From Myxococcota bacterium (GTDB lineage: Bacteria; Myxococcota_A; Polyangia; Polyangiales; Houyiibacteriaceae): DNA of 64,000 nucleotides. Both the position numbers and the translations under genes were made by a program. A model generated the notes under the pieces. That model made no database searches, was not told the origin of the DNA, and saw only the letters and a list, made by a program, of their open reading frames with translations. Shown here one piece after another: positions 36,276-46,091 of the stretch (the first letter of the stretch is position 1; every line of letters starts with the position of its first letter). The DNA lies in the NCBI GenBank assembly GCA_039028875.1, contig JBCCHE010000002.1, forward strand, positions 98,345 to 162,344. The letters are read 5' to 3'.

Positions 36276-37745
36276 TCAGGTGGGTTCGCCGTCGTGAAGG
36301 TGCACGTAGCGAAAGAACTCCCGACGGGTCTGCGGGCCGTGCTTGCGGTAGCTCGGGCGTCGTAGCGCCGGGCTGTCCTCGATCGCCGCTTTGGCGAGTG
36401 ACACGTCGTCGCCCGAGATGGCACAGCGCGTCGCATCCACGTCGATGCCGTACACCTGCGCCGCGTTGAGGCCCAGGATCTTCGCCCGGATCTCGTCGGT
36501 GATGGCCGGATACCCGAACTCCTCCTGCATGCTTTCCGGGATTTGAAAGGTTCGAAACGCGGTGATCTGATCTTGCGGCGAACCGTACCAAATCGAGTCG
36601 GTGCCCCAGAGGATTCGGTCCTCGCCGAGGTTGACCAACAGCTTGCCAAGGACGTGCGCTGCCTCGGTCGGCCTCGTGATGAGGAAACGCCAGGTACTGC
36701 CGAGCTCTGCGTAGACGTTGTCGTCTTTGCCGATGTCGTTGTCGAGAACTGCGCGCACGAGGGTGTCAACCCCTTGTTGGCTGGCCGGATTGTAGGGTCC
36801 CTCTCGCACAGAGATCTCGTACCCCGAGTGGTAGACGAGGAAATTCACGTCCGGAAACATCGGCGCGACGTTTCCGATATCGTCGGGCGAAGTCGTCGGA
36901 TCGAGTCCGAAGAGCGAGAGGCCTTTGTGGGCGCATATCAGTTTGACGTCGAGCTCGCGGGCCTTCTCGATGAACGGGATGCCGACCGCCTCGTCATCGA
37001 GCCGCCAACCGCCAAACTGCGTATAGACCTTCCACGCCGCAATCGCCTGCTCTTCTTTGAGCGCCTGCATCCCCTCGAGCTGCTCCGGCCCCCGGTCCGG
37101 TACCACGATTCCGTGAATGATCAGCCGTTCGGAGTCGGCGAGCCGATTGACGATCTCACGCGTGGCCGCTGCTTCTTCGTTCTCGAGAGGATTGTCACCT
37201 GGTACCGCTGGCACCTGGGAAAGCACTGCGATGTTTGTGTCGCTGTTGACGAAGAGCTCTCGGATGTAGTGGTCCGCATCGAAGCAGTCGACAAAGTCGG
37301 CCTCCCCGCATTCGGACTGGGGAAAAACGGCGAGCGCACTCTCGAACCCGCCTCCCTCTCGCCATGCACCGTTGGGGTTCACGTGATGCGTCTGAACGTC
37401 GAAGATAAACTCGCTGCCTTCGAGCGGCGCGCACGCGTCGGGGTCGTCCATCATGCCCGCGTCGACATCGAACCCAGCCGAGCCCCCTGCCCCACCCGGC
37501 TCGCTTCCAGAACAGCCATAGACTTGGTTGATGACGCAAAGAGCGGTGGCCGAGCCCATCGTACTCGCCACGAAGTCGCGTCGAGACAGCCCCAAGTATC
37601 GGGCCTTCTCTTCGACGAGCTTCGCGAAAGTCTCTTCGGCGATCCGATCTCGCTTCTCGAACGGCCGCGGAGCGACTTCTCCGTTTGACCCCGTCCGGAA
37701 CGGAATCGGCGACTCGATTGGCGGTTCGTCCGCGCTCTTCTTCAT
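36276..37745 (-). CDS. amidohydrolase-2-type metal-dependent hydrolase with Tat/lipoprotein-type signal
   Basis: The TIM-barrel hydrolase features are FDVQTHH..., ICAHKG, LVYHSGY and ILWGTDS. The twin-arginine motif SRRDFV and the lipobox-like VYGC sit ~50 aa from the ATG at 37745. An in-frame TTG at 37595 (GAGAAGG upstream) would give a canonical signal, MGLSRRDFV... Confidence 0.8.
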   Translation of the reverse strand: MKKSADEPPIESPIPFRTGSNGEVAPRPFEKRDRIAEETFAKLVEEKARYLGLSRRDFVASTMGSATALCVINQVYGCSGSEPGGAGGSAGFDVDAGMMDDPDACAPLEGSEFIFDVQTHHVNPNGAWREGGGFESALAVFPQSECGEADFVDCFDADHYIRELFVNSDTNIAVLSQVPAVPGDNPLENEEAAATREIVNRLADSERLIIHGIVVPDRGPEQLEGMQALKEEQAIAAWKVYTQFGGWRLDDEAVGIPFIEKARELDVKLICAHKGLSLFGLDPTTSPDDIGNVAPMFPDVNFLVYHSGYEISVREGPYNPASQQGVDTLVRAVLDNDIGKDDNVYAELGSTWRFLITRPTEAAHVLGKLLVNLGEDRILWGTDSIWYGSPQDQITAFRTFQIPESMQEEFGYPAITDEIRAKILGLNAAQVYGIDVDATRCAISGDDVSLAKAAIEDSPALRRPSYRKHGPQTRREFFRYVHLHDGEPT

Positions 37746-37878
37746 GGGTGCAGGATACCGCGACTGGCATCCGAACACGACCGTGGCTTGGCGCAGAGGA
37801 GCCGGGTGTTGTCGAATCCGGCGCCAAAGAGGCCACTTGCGCTCGCGCGGGTTTTCGGCATTAACCCGTGTCGAAACC

Positions 37879-38919
37879 ATGACGCTCAACTCAACACTGG
37901 CACCCGCCAACCGGCAACAGGCCTTTCCCACGGGCTGGTTCCTGGTCTGCTTTTCCGACGAGTTGGCCGCGGGGCAAGTGAAGTCCCTCCAGTGGATGGG
38001 CCTCGAGGTGGTCGCGTTTCGCACGGAGGCGGGGCGCCCTTGCCTGAGCGATGCGTTCTGCCCTCACATGGGGGCGCACTTTGGGCACGGTGGGACCATC
38101 GAGGGCGAGACCTTGCGATGTCCGTTTCACGGGTTCTGCTTCGACACCCGGGGAACGTGCGTCAAGACCGGATACGACACCCGGCCGCCTCGCAAGGCGA
38201 AGCTTCGCACGTGGCCAGTTCACGAGACCAACGGCCTGTTATTGGCGTACCATGGCCGTGACGCCGCCGCGCCCGAGTGGACCGTCCCCAAGCTCGACGA
38301 GGAAGGCTGGACGCCGCTGCGGCATGACACTTGGGCCCTCCCCGGGACACCGTACGATGTCGCGCGGCGTACAGTCGGCTTCGACCACCTGTCGACGCAC
38401 TTGTCGATCGCCCCCGACACCGCCATGCCGGAGCTCCTCGATGCGGTCCACACCGAAGGCCCGAAGCTCAGTGCGTCTTACGCGGCGAATCGTCGCGTCG
38501 GGGGCCTCTTGCGCCGCAAAGGCATTCGGACCGAGTTCCGCCTAACCAAGTGGGGGCTGGGTTACTCATGTCTTGAGGTCGAGATGCCGGAGCTCGGTGT
38601 TTGCTCTCGGCACTTCGTATTCGCAAGCGCGACCGACGAAGACTCGGTGAGGCTCGGCGTGGCCGTGAGCCTTCGTCACGTAGACCGACCTACCAAGGCG
38701 AGCGCCCTCTTCCGCCTATTGCCGCGGCGGCTGCTCCATCGACTCGTGGTCGGTGCTCCGCTGCGCGACTACCGAGACGACGTCTCGAAGTACTTCGAAG
38801 GTGGCGTCGATGAAGCCGGCCGCGCGGGGTTGGGCGAGGCAGGGCTCGACTTCCAAGAGTGGGCGAGGCAGTTCGGTGGAAGCACTGGGCGCGATGCCAC
38901 GATCAGCGCCGCGGAGTGA
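37879..38919 (+). CDS. Rieske [2Fe-2S] domain oxygenase (KshA-like)
   Basis: Trimmed to the ATG at 37879. The Rieske motif is CPHMGAHFGHGGTIEGETLRCPFHG. The C-terminal catalytic-like domain contains DHLSTH. Confidence 0.85.
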   Translation: MTLNSTLAPANRQQAFPTGWFLVCFSDELAAGQVKSLQWMGLEVVAFRTEAGRPCLSDAFCPHMGAHFGHGGTIEGETLRCPFHGFCFDTRGTCVKTGYDTRPPRKAKLRTWPVHETNGLLLAYHGRDAAAPEWTVPKLDEEGWTPLRHDTWALPGTPYDVARRTVGFDHLSTHLSIAPDTAMPELLDAVHTEGPKLSASYAANRRVGGLLRRKGIRTEFRLTKWGLGYSCLEVEMPELGVCSRHFVFASATDEDSVRLGVAVSLRHVDRPTKASALFRLLPRRLLHRLVVGAPLRDYRDDVSKYFEGGVDEAGRAGLGEAGLDFQEWARQFGGSTGRDATISAAE

Positions 38920-38952
38920 GGCGCCAAAGCCCCGCCGGCGCCACCAGATCGA

Positions 38953-41097
38953 TCAACGACAGTCGTCGAAGCCGAGATTGGTTTCTGCGTTCCGAAGATC
39001 GTCTCGGTCCGCACCTCGCGCGAACACTGGGGGCGACCCAATAGGCCCGGGCACATCCCTCGAGCCGGGTCCTTCGATGACGTCGCCTGTCCACACGTCG
39101 AACCACGTGCCCTCGGGGAAGTAGACCGTTCGACTCGTCGCCCCCTCGCTCAGGATCGGTGCGACGAGCAACGAATCGCCGAGCATGTACTGATCGCTCA
39201 GGTCCCAAGTGGCCGGGTCTTGCGGGTAGTTGAGCATCATGTGCCGCAGGATGGGCGCCCCGGTCATCTCCCATTCCGTCGCAAGCGCGACGATCTCTGG
39301 GATGAGGGCGCAATGCACGTACGTGAACCTCCGGAAGTGCTCCGCCGTCTCTTGATCGGTGTCCCAACGCCAGTTGTCGACCTTGTCGGCCCCCTGGTGG
39401 GTCCTCATGATCGGGCTGAACGCGCCCAGCTCCGTCCAGCGAAGATAGAGCTCTTTGGTGCTTGGACCATCGCCACGCGCAAAGCCCGCAATGTCGTGCG
39501 TGACGAACGGTTGCCCCGCCAGCCCGAGGTTGATCATCGCGGGCACCACCGTGGGTAGACCATCGAGCAACCCCCAGTTGGTTTCTTGGTCCCCTGTCCA
39601 GTGAATCTGAGCGACTTCCTGAACGCCAGTGTATCCAGACCGCGCGAACATCACCCAGTCCCCGTCGGGGCGAACCGCGTCCATCGCCTGCCGCGTGGAC
39701 CGCTGCCAATCTACTGGGAACGTATTCCTTCGTTCGACGCCGTCACTGCCATCGCTTGCAACCGCATCGAGCGGTACCCACTCGCCGAAGTCGGCCATCC
39801 AACCATCGACGTCATAGTCTCTTACGATGGAAGCCAGGGACTCGGCGATGTAGTCGATGGTGTCGGGGTTCGAGAAGTCCGGGTGCCCGTTGATCTCCGG
39901 AATGTTCGGCGCGATCGCGGGAAGGTAGGTTCCGCCGTCAGGGTCATCGACGAGCAGCCCCATCTCTTCCATCTCGGCGAAGCGCGGCTCGCCGTTGTCG
40001 ACGATGAACGGGTTCACGTAGGTAAGAAACCGGTAGCCTCGATCGTGGAGCCCGCTCACCATCCCGCCAAAGTCGGGGTAGCAAACGCTACAGTCTTCGA
40101 TATCCGGGCATTGGTCCTCGGGGATGCACGCCTCCCTCGGCTCCCACACATACCGAACCCCAAAGCCTCCATCGAAGTTGATTCGCACGCCGCCCCAATC
40201 CTGAACCCACATCGCGGAAACCGGGATGTCGACGTCTTCGAGCCGGTTGACCTCGGCAAGCACGGCTTCGCGCCCTCCTTGGGAACCGATCCAAAGCGAG
40301 TAGGCCCAGAGCGGCGGCTGTGCCGGTCGCCCGACCAGGTCGTTCAACTGCCGAAGAACATCAACCGGGGTCGGACCGTGGAACACGCGCCAGACGACGG
40401 GCGCGCCGCTCACCACTTCGAACCACGCCACGTCCTCGTCGGTCGCACATAGGTCCACCAGAACCCGCCGGCTCGTGTCGAAGAGCGCGCCAAAGCCTCG
40501 CGCGTCGACATAGTAGGGCATCGGGAAGTACGTCGTATGCTCATCACCGGCGACACCGCCCGATGCATCGCGTCCGTTCCCCTGTTCGGTGACCAACAAA
40601 GGGAACGCGTCCCCACGCTGGTTGGTCGCGTTGTACTGCTCGCCAAACCCGTGGAACGTCCCGAGTTCGTCGCACCGAATGCCCACCGCGATCGAATCGG
40701 CCGCGTCGCCCGCTAGCTCGAGGCGAAACTCGCTGGCGTCTTCGCCAACGACAGTGGCGGTCAGCGTTGCCGTGCGCGAACCACTCTCGTTTGCGTACCG
40801 CACTGTCGCGCCGTTCTCATCGTTCGACACCCCGTCGACGAGGAGCGGATCGACGACTTCGTCGGTCCGATCGAAGATCTCGGGCTGGCCGAACCAGGTC
40901 TCGGTGAAGTTGCGGACGATGGGGCCCACCGGTGCGGTCGCGAATCGCTCAGCACCGTCGATGACCACGGCAACACTGCCACTGTCGTTGGCGACGATCT
41001 GAACGGTCCCGGATGGCCCGGGGCTATCTTCTGAATCACTGCAGCCAGCGACCACCAAGGCAAGCCAGACCGCACCCATAAGCCAACGTCGAATCAT
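38953..41097 (-). CDS. glycoside hydrolase family 31 lipoprotein (alpha-glucosidase/xylosidase-like)
   Basis: Lipobox (MIRRWLMGAVWLALVVAGC). GH31-type motifs are present: WVQDWGG, the nucleophile region VDGWMADFGEW, RSGYTGVQ and MRTHQG. Confidence 0.85.
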   Translation of the reverse strand: MIRRWLMGAVWLALVVAGCSDSEDSPGPSGTVQIVANDSGSVAVVIDGAERFATAPVGPIVRNFTETWFGQPEIFDRTDEVVDPLLVDGVSNDENGATVRYANESGSRTATLTATVVGEDASEFRLELAGDAADSIAVGIRCDELGTFHGFGEQYNATNQRGDAFPLLVTEQGNGRDASGGVAGDEHTTYFPMPYYVDARGFGALFDTSRRVLVDLCATDEDVAWFEVVSGAPVVWRVFHGPTPVDVLRQLNDLVGRPAQPPLWAYSLWIGSQGGREAVLAEVNRLEDVDIPVSAMWVQDWGGVRINFDGGFGVRYVWEPREACIPEDQCPDIEDCSVCYPDFGGMVSGLHDRGYRFLTYVNPFIVDNGEPRFAEMEEMGLLVDDPDGGTYLPAIAPNIPEINGHPDFSNPDTIDYIAESLASIVRDYDVDGWMADFGEWVPLDAVASDGSDGVERRNTFPVDWQRSTRQAMDAVRPDGDWVMFARSGYTGVQEVAQIHWTGDQETNWGLLDGLPTVVPAMINLGLAGQPFVTHDIAGFARGDGPSTKELYLRWTELGAFSPIMRTHQGADKVDNWRWDTDQETAEHFRRFTYVHCALIPEIVALATEWEMTGAPILRHMMLNYPQDPATWDLSDQYMLGDSLLVAPILSEGATSRTVYFPEGTWFDVWTGDVIEGPGSRDVPGPIGSPPVFARGADRDDLRNAETNLGFDDCR

Positions 41098-41160
41098 GCG
41101 TCACTCCATCTCCGGACAGGCAACCATCCCCGGAAACCGGAGGCCGGGCAAGCTTCAGGC

Positions 41161-42237
41161 CTACTTGAGGTTCGCGAGGGCGATCCTGCCCCACGCCGGC
41201 TCGCTCAGGCTACCCACGTAGAGCGAGTCCCCCACTTGTTCGACGCTCGTCGTCATCGAGAACTGCAAGCCATCCACGTCCTGCACACTCCTCGAGATGC
41301 TGCCGTCCTCGTCAAACTCGACCAGGAATGGGTGGCGCCTCGGCTTCGGTTGAAGCGCCGAAGGGATCCGATCGAGCACCTTCCGCACCCATGGGCTCTC
41401 GGACGCACCGTCGACGATCGGATTCCGAGGAGCGTAGAGCGCAAGCCAGAACGTGCCGTCTGGGCTGGTGGAGATCCCGTCCGGGAAACCCGGCAAGTTG
41501 CTCGCAAAGATCTCCACCCGCCCCGCGTTGGGGCCTCGCACGAAGACACGTTTGACGCCGTAGCGCATCGTCTCGTTCACGAGCACGTAGGTCTCGTCGG
41601 GCGACACCGCGACGCCGTTGGCAAAGTGGAGCTGACTCACGACAACTTTGCACGTGCCCTCGTTGATGTCGTACTTCAAGAGCCGGCCGTTTGGGGCACT
41701 CTCGAGCACCTCCTTCATGACGTTGTGGTGACCCCACTTGTACGACGCATCGGAGAACCAGGCGACGTTCTGCGAATCGACGTCAACGTCGTCGGTGAAG
41801 CCAAGCCGGTGATACCCAGCGTCGGTGCACAGGACCGTCAACACGCCATCGGGTGAGGCAGACAGAAGCCCTTTTTGAGCATCCGCGATGATGAGGTTCC
41901 CGTTGACGTCGAAGTCGAGCCCGAGCGGGCGACCTCCCGTATCGACGAAGACATCAACCGACTCGCCGTCCGGCGAATAGCGCAGGACCTGCCCTTGCGC
42001 GACGCCAACGTAGACACGACCGTCGGCATCCACGGCGACGTCCTCGGGTCCGTGCGAGTTCGGTGTCGGGAACAACGCCATGTCTTGTAGCAACCGGTTG
42101 GGAGCGAGCGCGCCTTCGAGCGGCGGCAACGGATGCGCCGTCCACGCCACCGGCGAGATCTTCACGGGCCAGAGCATCAAGTAGAGCCCCAGCAAGAGGA
42201 TCAACACACCGAGTCCTCGCCACACCTTCGCGCGCAT
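41161..42237 (-). CDS. strictosidine synthase-like / SMP-30 family beta-propeller protein (membrane anchored)
   Basis: Trimmed to the ATG at 42237 (MRAKVWRGLGVLILLLGLYLMLW). GPEDVAVDADGRVYVG, GRPLGLDFD.NGNLIIADA, FTDDVDVD....WFSDAS and FANGVAVSPDE are characteristic. Confidence 0.8.
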   Translation of the reverse strand: MRAKVWRGLGVLILLLGLYLMLWPVKISPVAWTAHPLPPLEGALAPNRLLQDMALFPTPNSHGPEDVAVDADGRVYVGVAQGQVLRYSPDGESVDVFVDTGGRPLGLDFDVNGNLIIADAQKGLLSASPDGVLTVLCTDAGYHRLGFTDDVDVDSQNVAWFSDASYKWGHHNVMKEVLESAPNGRLLKYDINEGTCKVVVSQLHFANGVAVSPDETYVLVNETMRYGVKRVFVRGPNAGRVEIFASNLPGFPDGISTSPDGTFWLALYAPRNPIVDGASESPWVRKVLDRIPSALQPKPRRHPFLVEFDEDGSISRSVQDVDGLQFSMTTSVEQVGDSLYVGSLSEPAWGRIALANLK

Positions 42238-42320
42238 CACCCGACCTTCCGACAACCCCTCCGCTTCTATCACGCCTGGGTGCGGAGTACACCGTGCCAC
42301 GCTCGAGGTGGCGACGGTCC

Positions 42321-43004
42321 CTAGGGGGTCGCTGATTCGCCGCCTTTGCGATTCTCGCCCTTGTCTGTGTCCTTCGTGTCTTTCGGTGCCGACTCTTCCG
42401 CTTCGGCCGAAGGCATGTTGATCAGCCCCATCACCGCCACGGTGAGCAAGTCTTCCTCAGCTTTGCCCAACGGGCACAGGTCTCTTCCGAGATACTCGCA
42501 TGCACGTCGCTTCTCTCGTTCAGGGTCTTCGACGTATCGGCCGTCCTGGGTGTACCAAATGCCATCGGGCGTTCGCGCGAGCATGCCGTTGGCATACTTC
42601 CAAGTTCCTAGGCCGCTCTTGGCGCGCGGGCCGCTCGGGAAGTACCACTCATCGCGCCGGTTCTTGGCGATCCGGCCGTTCGGATAGTTGAGCTGAAACA
42701 GCGAGCGCGTGATCGGGCGGCCGTTGGTCCATGTGGTGACCGGTTGGCGCGTCACCCGATAGCCGACGAAGGGAGCACACACGTCTCGTTTCACCTGGCT
42801 CAAATTCCTTTGCTCCTCGACTGTGAGGAGACGCCCGCGTCGACTCTGATCGTCGAGGCGCGCCAAGAAATCCATGATGGTGAGCTCCTCGCAGGTCGGC
42901 GAGGCCATGAGCGTCTGCTGGGCGTGGGCGGGAACCGCCGCGAGGCACCATGAGGCGAGAGAAAAGGCGACCGAGAGGGTGTGTACTTTGATCGGCATGT
43001 CCAA
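42321..43004 (-). CDS. hypothetical secreted protein
   Basis: Signal peptide (MPIKVHTLSVAFSLASWCLAAVPAHAQ). Weak MORN/YwqK-like G.W.Y.NG repeats. A Lys/Glu-rich tail. It starts 21 nt downstream of ppk on the same strand. Confidence 0.6.
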   Translation of the reverse strand: MDMPIKVHTLSVAFSLASWCLAAVPAHAQQTLMASPTCEELTIMDFLARLDDQSRRGRLLTVEEQRNLSQVKRDVCAPFVGYRVTRQPVTTWTNGRPITRSLFQLNYPNGRIAKNRRDEWYFPSGPRAKSGLGTWKYANGMLARTPDGIWYTQDGRYVEDPEREKRRACEYLGRDLCPLGKAEEDLLTVAVMGLINMPSAEAEESAPKDTKDTDKGENRKGGESATP

Positions 43005-43025
43005 GAGACGTCCCGCGGGAGCCTC

Positions 43026-45227
43026 CTATTCGTCCGGCGCCGACACGCTTCGTGGGCCACGCGCGCTCCGCCTTCGCAAACGGTTGGCTTCCGCGAACCG
43101 GGCCTCGGCCCACTGTGTGGCCTGCTGGTGTGCGCCGACGGCGTTCGGGCCGCCATTTCGCTGCACGTACGTGCCGTCAGGCTGCATGTCCCACACGCTC
43201 CTTTGGTCCTCGAGGACCGTATCGAGGGTGTTGCGAAGCTCTTGTTGAAGCGCTGGCGGGTCGACCGGGACGAGGACTTCAACCCGGCTAACGAGGTTCC
43301 GCGTCATGCAATCGGCGGAGCCGATGTAGAACTCTTCTTTGCCGCCGTTTCGGAAGTAATAGACGCGCGAGTGTTCGAGAAACCGGCCGACCAGACTCAC
43401 GACGCGCACGTGGTCGGAGAGCCCGGGCACGCCCGGACGGAGCCGGCAAGAGTCGCGGACGATGAGGTCCACGCGCACCCCCGCTTGAGAGGCCTCGTAG
43501 AGCGCTTTCGTGATGTCTACGTCCTCGAGGGCGTTGGTCTTGATCTGGATGAGCGCGTCGTCGCCGTTCTGCGCGTGGCGAACCTCGCGGCGGATCTTCG
43601 CGAGGAGTGCGGGCTTGAGAAGCTTGGGCGCAGGCAAGAGCTTCTTGTAGGCGCGGCTCGGCTTGTAGCCGGTGGTCAGGTAGTTGAAGAGCTCCGTCGC
43701 GTCGCGTCCGATGGCGGGGTCGCAAGTGAGGAGCCCGACGTCACTGTAGAGCTTGGCCGTCTCGTCGTGGTAGTTGCCGGTCCCAACGTGGACGTACCTG
43801 CGAAGGCCGTCGTGATCCCGCCGAACGACCAGGATCACTTTGCAATGCGTCTTGAGGCCGACGACCCCGTAGGTCACGTGGATGCCCGCCTGCTCGAGCT
43901 TGCTGGCCCAGTTGATGTTGGCCTCTTCGTCGAACCTCGCCTTGAGCTCAACGACGACCGCGACCTGCTTGCCGTTGATCGCGGCGTTGATCAGGTGCTG
44001 GATCACGCGCGACTTCGCCGACGTGCGGTAGAGGGTCATCTTTATGGCGCGAACTTTCGGGTCCTCGCTGGCCTCGCGCAAAAAGCGCTCGACCGACGTG
44101 CCGAACGACTCGTACGGGTGGTGCAAAAGCAGCGCTTTTTGGTCCCGAATCGCATGAAAAATATTGCTCCGCCCGACGAGCGCAGGTGCGTCGACAGGTC
44201 GGTGATCAGGGTCCCGGTGCTCAGGAAGATCGAGGCGCGCGAGTTGAAACAGGTCGGCCAACCCGAGGAAGCCATCGACCTCGAACACGTCCGATTGCTC
44301 GTCGAGGCCGAGCTCAGCGGCCAGACGACCACGGTGGGTGGCATCCATGCCCCGAGCGACTTGGAGCCGGACGATGGGCGCAAACTTTCGCTCTCGTAGC
44401 TCGGATTCGATCAGCGCAAGCAGATCATCGGCTTTGTCTTCGTCGCTCTCGACGTCAGCGTTTCGGGTGACCCGGAAGAGCTCGGTTCGTTCGATGACCA
44501 TGCCCGGGAACAACAGGTCGAGGTTCTCCGCCATGATCTCCTCGAGCGGAACGAAAACCAACGAGTTTCGAACCCGAGCGAACCGCGGAACCCCGGCGCC
44601 AAGGGGCACCTTCACCCGAGCCATGAGCGGGGTGGGGTCCTTAGGATAGTGGAGTGAGACCAATAGATTGAGCGAAAGGTTCGAGACGAAGGGAAACGGG
44701 TGCGCGGGATCCATCGCCTGCGGCGTGACCAGCGGGAAGATGTTGTCGATGTAATCGTCGCGAAGCCAAGCGCGGTCCTCTTCAGGGAGTGACTTGTAGC
44801 TCGCGACCTCAACGCCAGCCTCGTCCAAGCGCCGGCGCAGGTCGGCCCAAAGCGCCTGTTGCTCGACGATGAGCGGCCGAATGACGTCGTAGGCCTCGTC
44901 GATCTGCTGGGCGGGCGTGCGACCGTCGACGGTGAGCTTGTGCACGCCAGCCGCCACCTGCTGCTTCAGTCCGCCAATGCGCTTCATGAAGAACTCGTCG
45001 AGGATGTGGCCGGTAATGGCGATGAACTTCACCCGTTCGAGCAGCGGCGTGCGCGTGTCGTGGGCCTCGTGAAGCACGCGGCCGACGAACGACAGCCACG
45101 TCAACTCGCGGTTGAGGTAGTTCTCGGGGGCGTCGAGATCGACCGCCGTCGTTTTTTCGTGGTCGGGGCCGTCGTCGAGCGCCTCTCCCGTTGAGCGTCC
45201 GTTGGTGTTGGCGAGCGTAGAACTCAT
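43026..45227 (-). CDS. ppk: polyphosphate kinase 1
   Basis: YLNRELTWLSFVGRVLHEA...PLLERVKFIAITGHILDEFFMKRIGGLK, and full-length (733 aa) collinearity with PPK1, including the two PLD-like C-terminal domains (..HCKVILVVRR.., ..GRFLEHSRVYYF..). Confidence 0.95.
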   Translation of the reverse strand: MSSTLANTNGRSTGEALDDGPDHEKTTAVDLDAPENYLNRELTWLSFVGRVLHEAHDTRTPLLERVKFIAITGHILDEFFMKRIGGLKQQVAAGVHKLTVDGRTPAQQIDEAYDVIRPLIVEQQALWADLRRRLDEAGVEVASYKSLPEEDRAWLRDDYIDNIFPLVTPQAMDPAHPFPFVSNLSLNLLVSLHYPKDPTPLMARVKVPLGAGVPRFARVRNSLVFVPLEEIMAENLDLLFPGMVIERTELFRVTRNADVESDEDKADDLLALIESELRERKFAPIVRLQVARGMDATHRGRLAAELGLDEQSDVFEVDGFLGLADLFQLARLDLPEHRDPDHRPVDAPALVGRSNIFHAIRDQKALLLHHPYESFGTSVERFLREASEDPKVRAIKMTLYRTSAKSRVIQHLINAAINGKQVAVVVELKARFDEEANINWASKLEQAGIHVTYGVVGLKTHCKVILVVRRDHDGLRRYVHVGTGNYHDETAKLYSDVGLLTCDPAIGRDATELFNYLTTGYKPSRAYKKLLPAPKLLKPALLAKIRREVRHAQNGDDALIQIKTNALEDVDITKALYEASQAGVRVDLIVRDSCRLRPGVPGLSDHVRVVSLVGRFLEHSRVYYFRNGGKEEFYIGSADCMTRNLVSRVEVLVPVDPPALQQELRNTLDTVLEDQRSVWDMQPDGTYVQRNGGPNAVGAHQQATQWAEARFAEANRLRRRSARGPRSVSAPDE

Positions 45228-45322
45228 GAGGAGCCTTACATTCTAGCGTGTAGGGAGGTCCCCGAGCCAGGGCTGAAATTGCGCTCTCAGGGCAACACCA
45301 CTACGCTAGGCCCGGATTTCCA

Positions 45323-45970
45323 TTGGAAAAGCGCGACACACTCACGCCACGGAAACGACCAAGCCAGGAGCGCTCCCGCGACCGTGTGGAGCGAATCCTC
45401 GAGGCGACCGCGACGCTCCTGAACGAAATGCCGGTCGACAAGATCACGACGCAAGCCATTGCGGACACCGCCGAAGTCCCGATCGGGTCGGTGTATCAGT
45501 ACTTCCCAAACAAGCTCTCGGTGCTGGCCGAGTTGGCCCGTCGGGTGATGGAACGCGTCGATGCCTCGACCGCGGAGCTGGTGGCCGATCAGTTCGGGGT
45601 GCTGTCCTGGGACCAAGCTATCGATCGCGCCGTCGACGTGACAATCCAGGGCTACTCGGGGCAACCGGGATACGTGCAGCTTCTGCTGAGCATTCGTCCG
45701 ACGCCAGAGTTCCGGGAAATCACGGACGAATCGAACGACCGGGTGGCTGCGATGATGGCGCTACACCCAGCCTTGCAGGCCGTCTTGCCGCCCGACCGGA
45801 TCAGGCTGATAACCAAGTCGGCGATCAAGGCCGTCAACGCCCTCCAAGATTGGGCACTCTCCATCGACGACCCCGAAGAATCGGCGGAAATCGTGGCCGA
45901 AATGAAAACGTTGCTCAAAGGCTACCTGGCTGTCTATATGGGACAGCCCGATCACCCTGCGGCCGACTAG
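45323..45970 (+). CDS. TetR-family transcriptional regulator
   Basis: SRDRVERILEATATLLNEMPVDKITTQAIADTAEVPIGSVYQYFPNKLSVLAEL is a TetR HTH. It is divergent from ppk. Confidence 0.85.
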   Translation: MEKRDTLTPRKRPSQERSRDRVERILEATATLLNEMPVDKITTQAIADTAEVPIGSVYQYFPNKLSVLAELARRVMERVDASTAELVADQFGVLSWDQAIDRAVDVTIQGYSGQPGYVQLLLSIRPTPEFREITDESNDRVAAMMALHPALQAVLPPDRIRLITKSAIKAVNALQDWALSIDDPEESAEIVAEMKTLLKGYLAVYMGQPDHPAAD

Positions 45971-45976
45971 GGCCGC

Positions 45977-46012
45977 GAAAACCCCGTAATGGCAGGGTTT
46001 TGGGGTTTTTTT
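45977..46012 (+). terminator. rho-independent terminator after the TetR gene
   Basis: AAAACCC-CGTAATGGCA-GGGTTTT, then GGGGTTTTTTT. A second hairpin, CCCTCAC-N8-GTGAGGG, lies at 46027-46048. Confidence 0.6.
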
Positions 46013-46091
46013 CGAATTATGAGGTTCCCTCACTTTTCAAGGTGAGGGTTAGGTGTTACATACGCGGGGCTCTGGAGGAGGAGTGTAAATT

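Noticed and set aside
42981-44399. 472-aa ORF on the plus strand
   Set aside because: It is antisense to ppk (an unambiguous PPK1). It is a shadow ORF.
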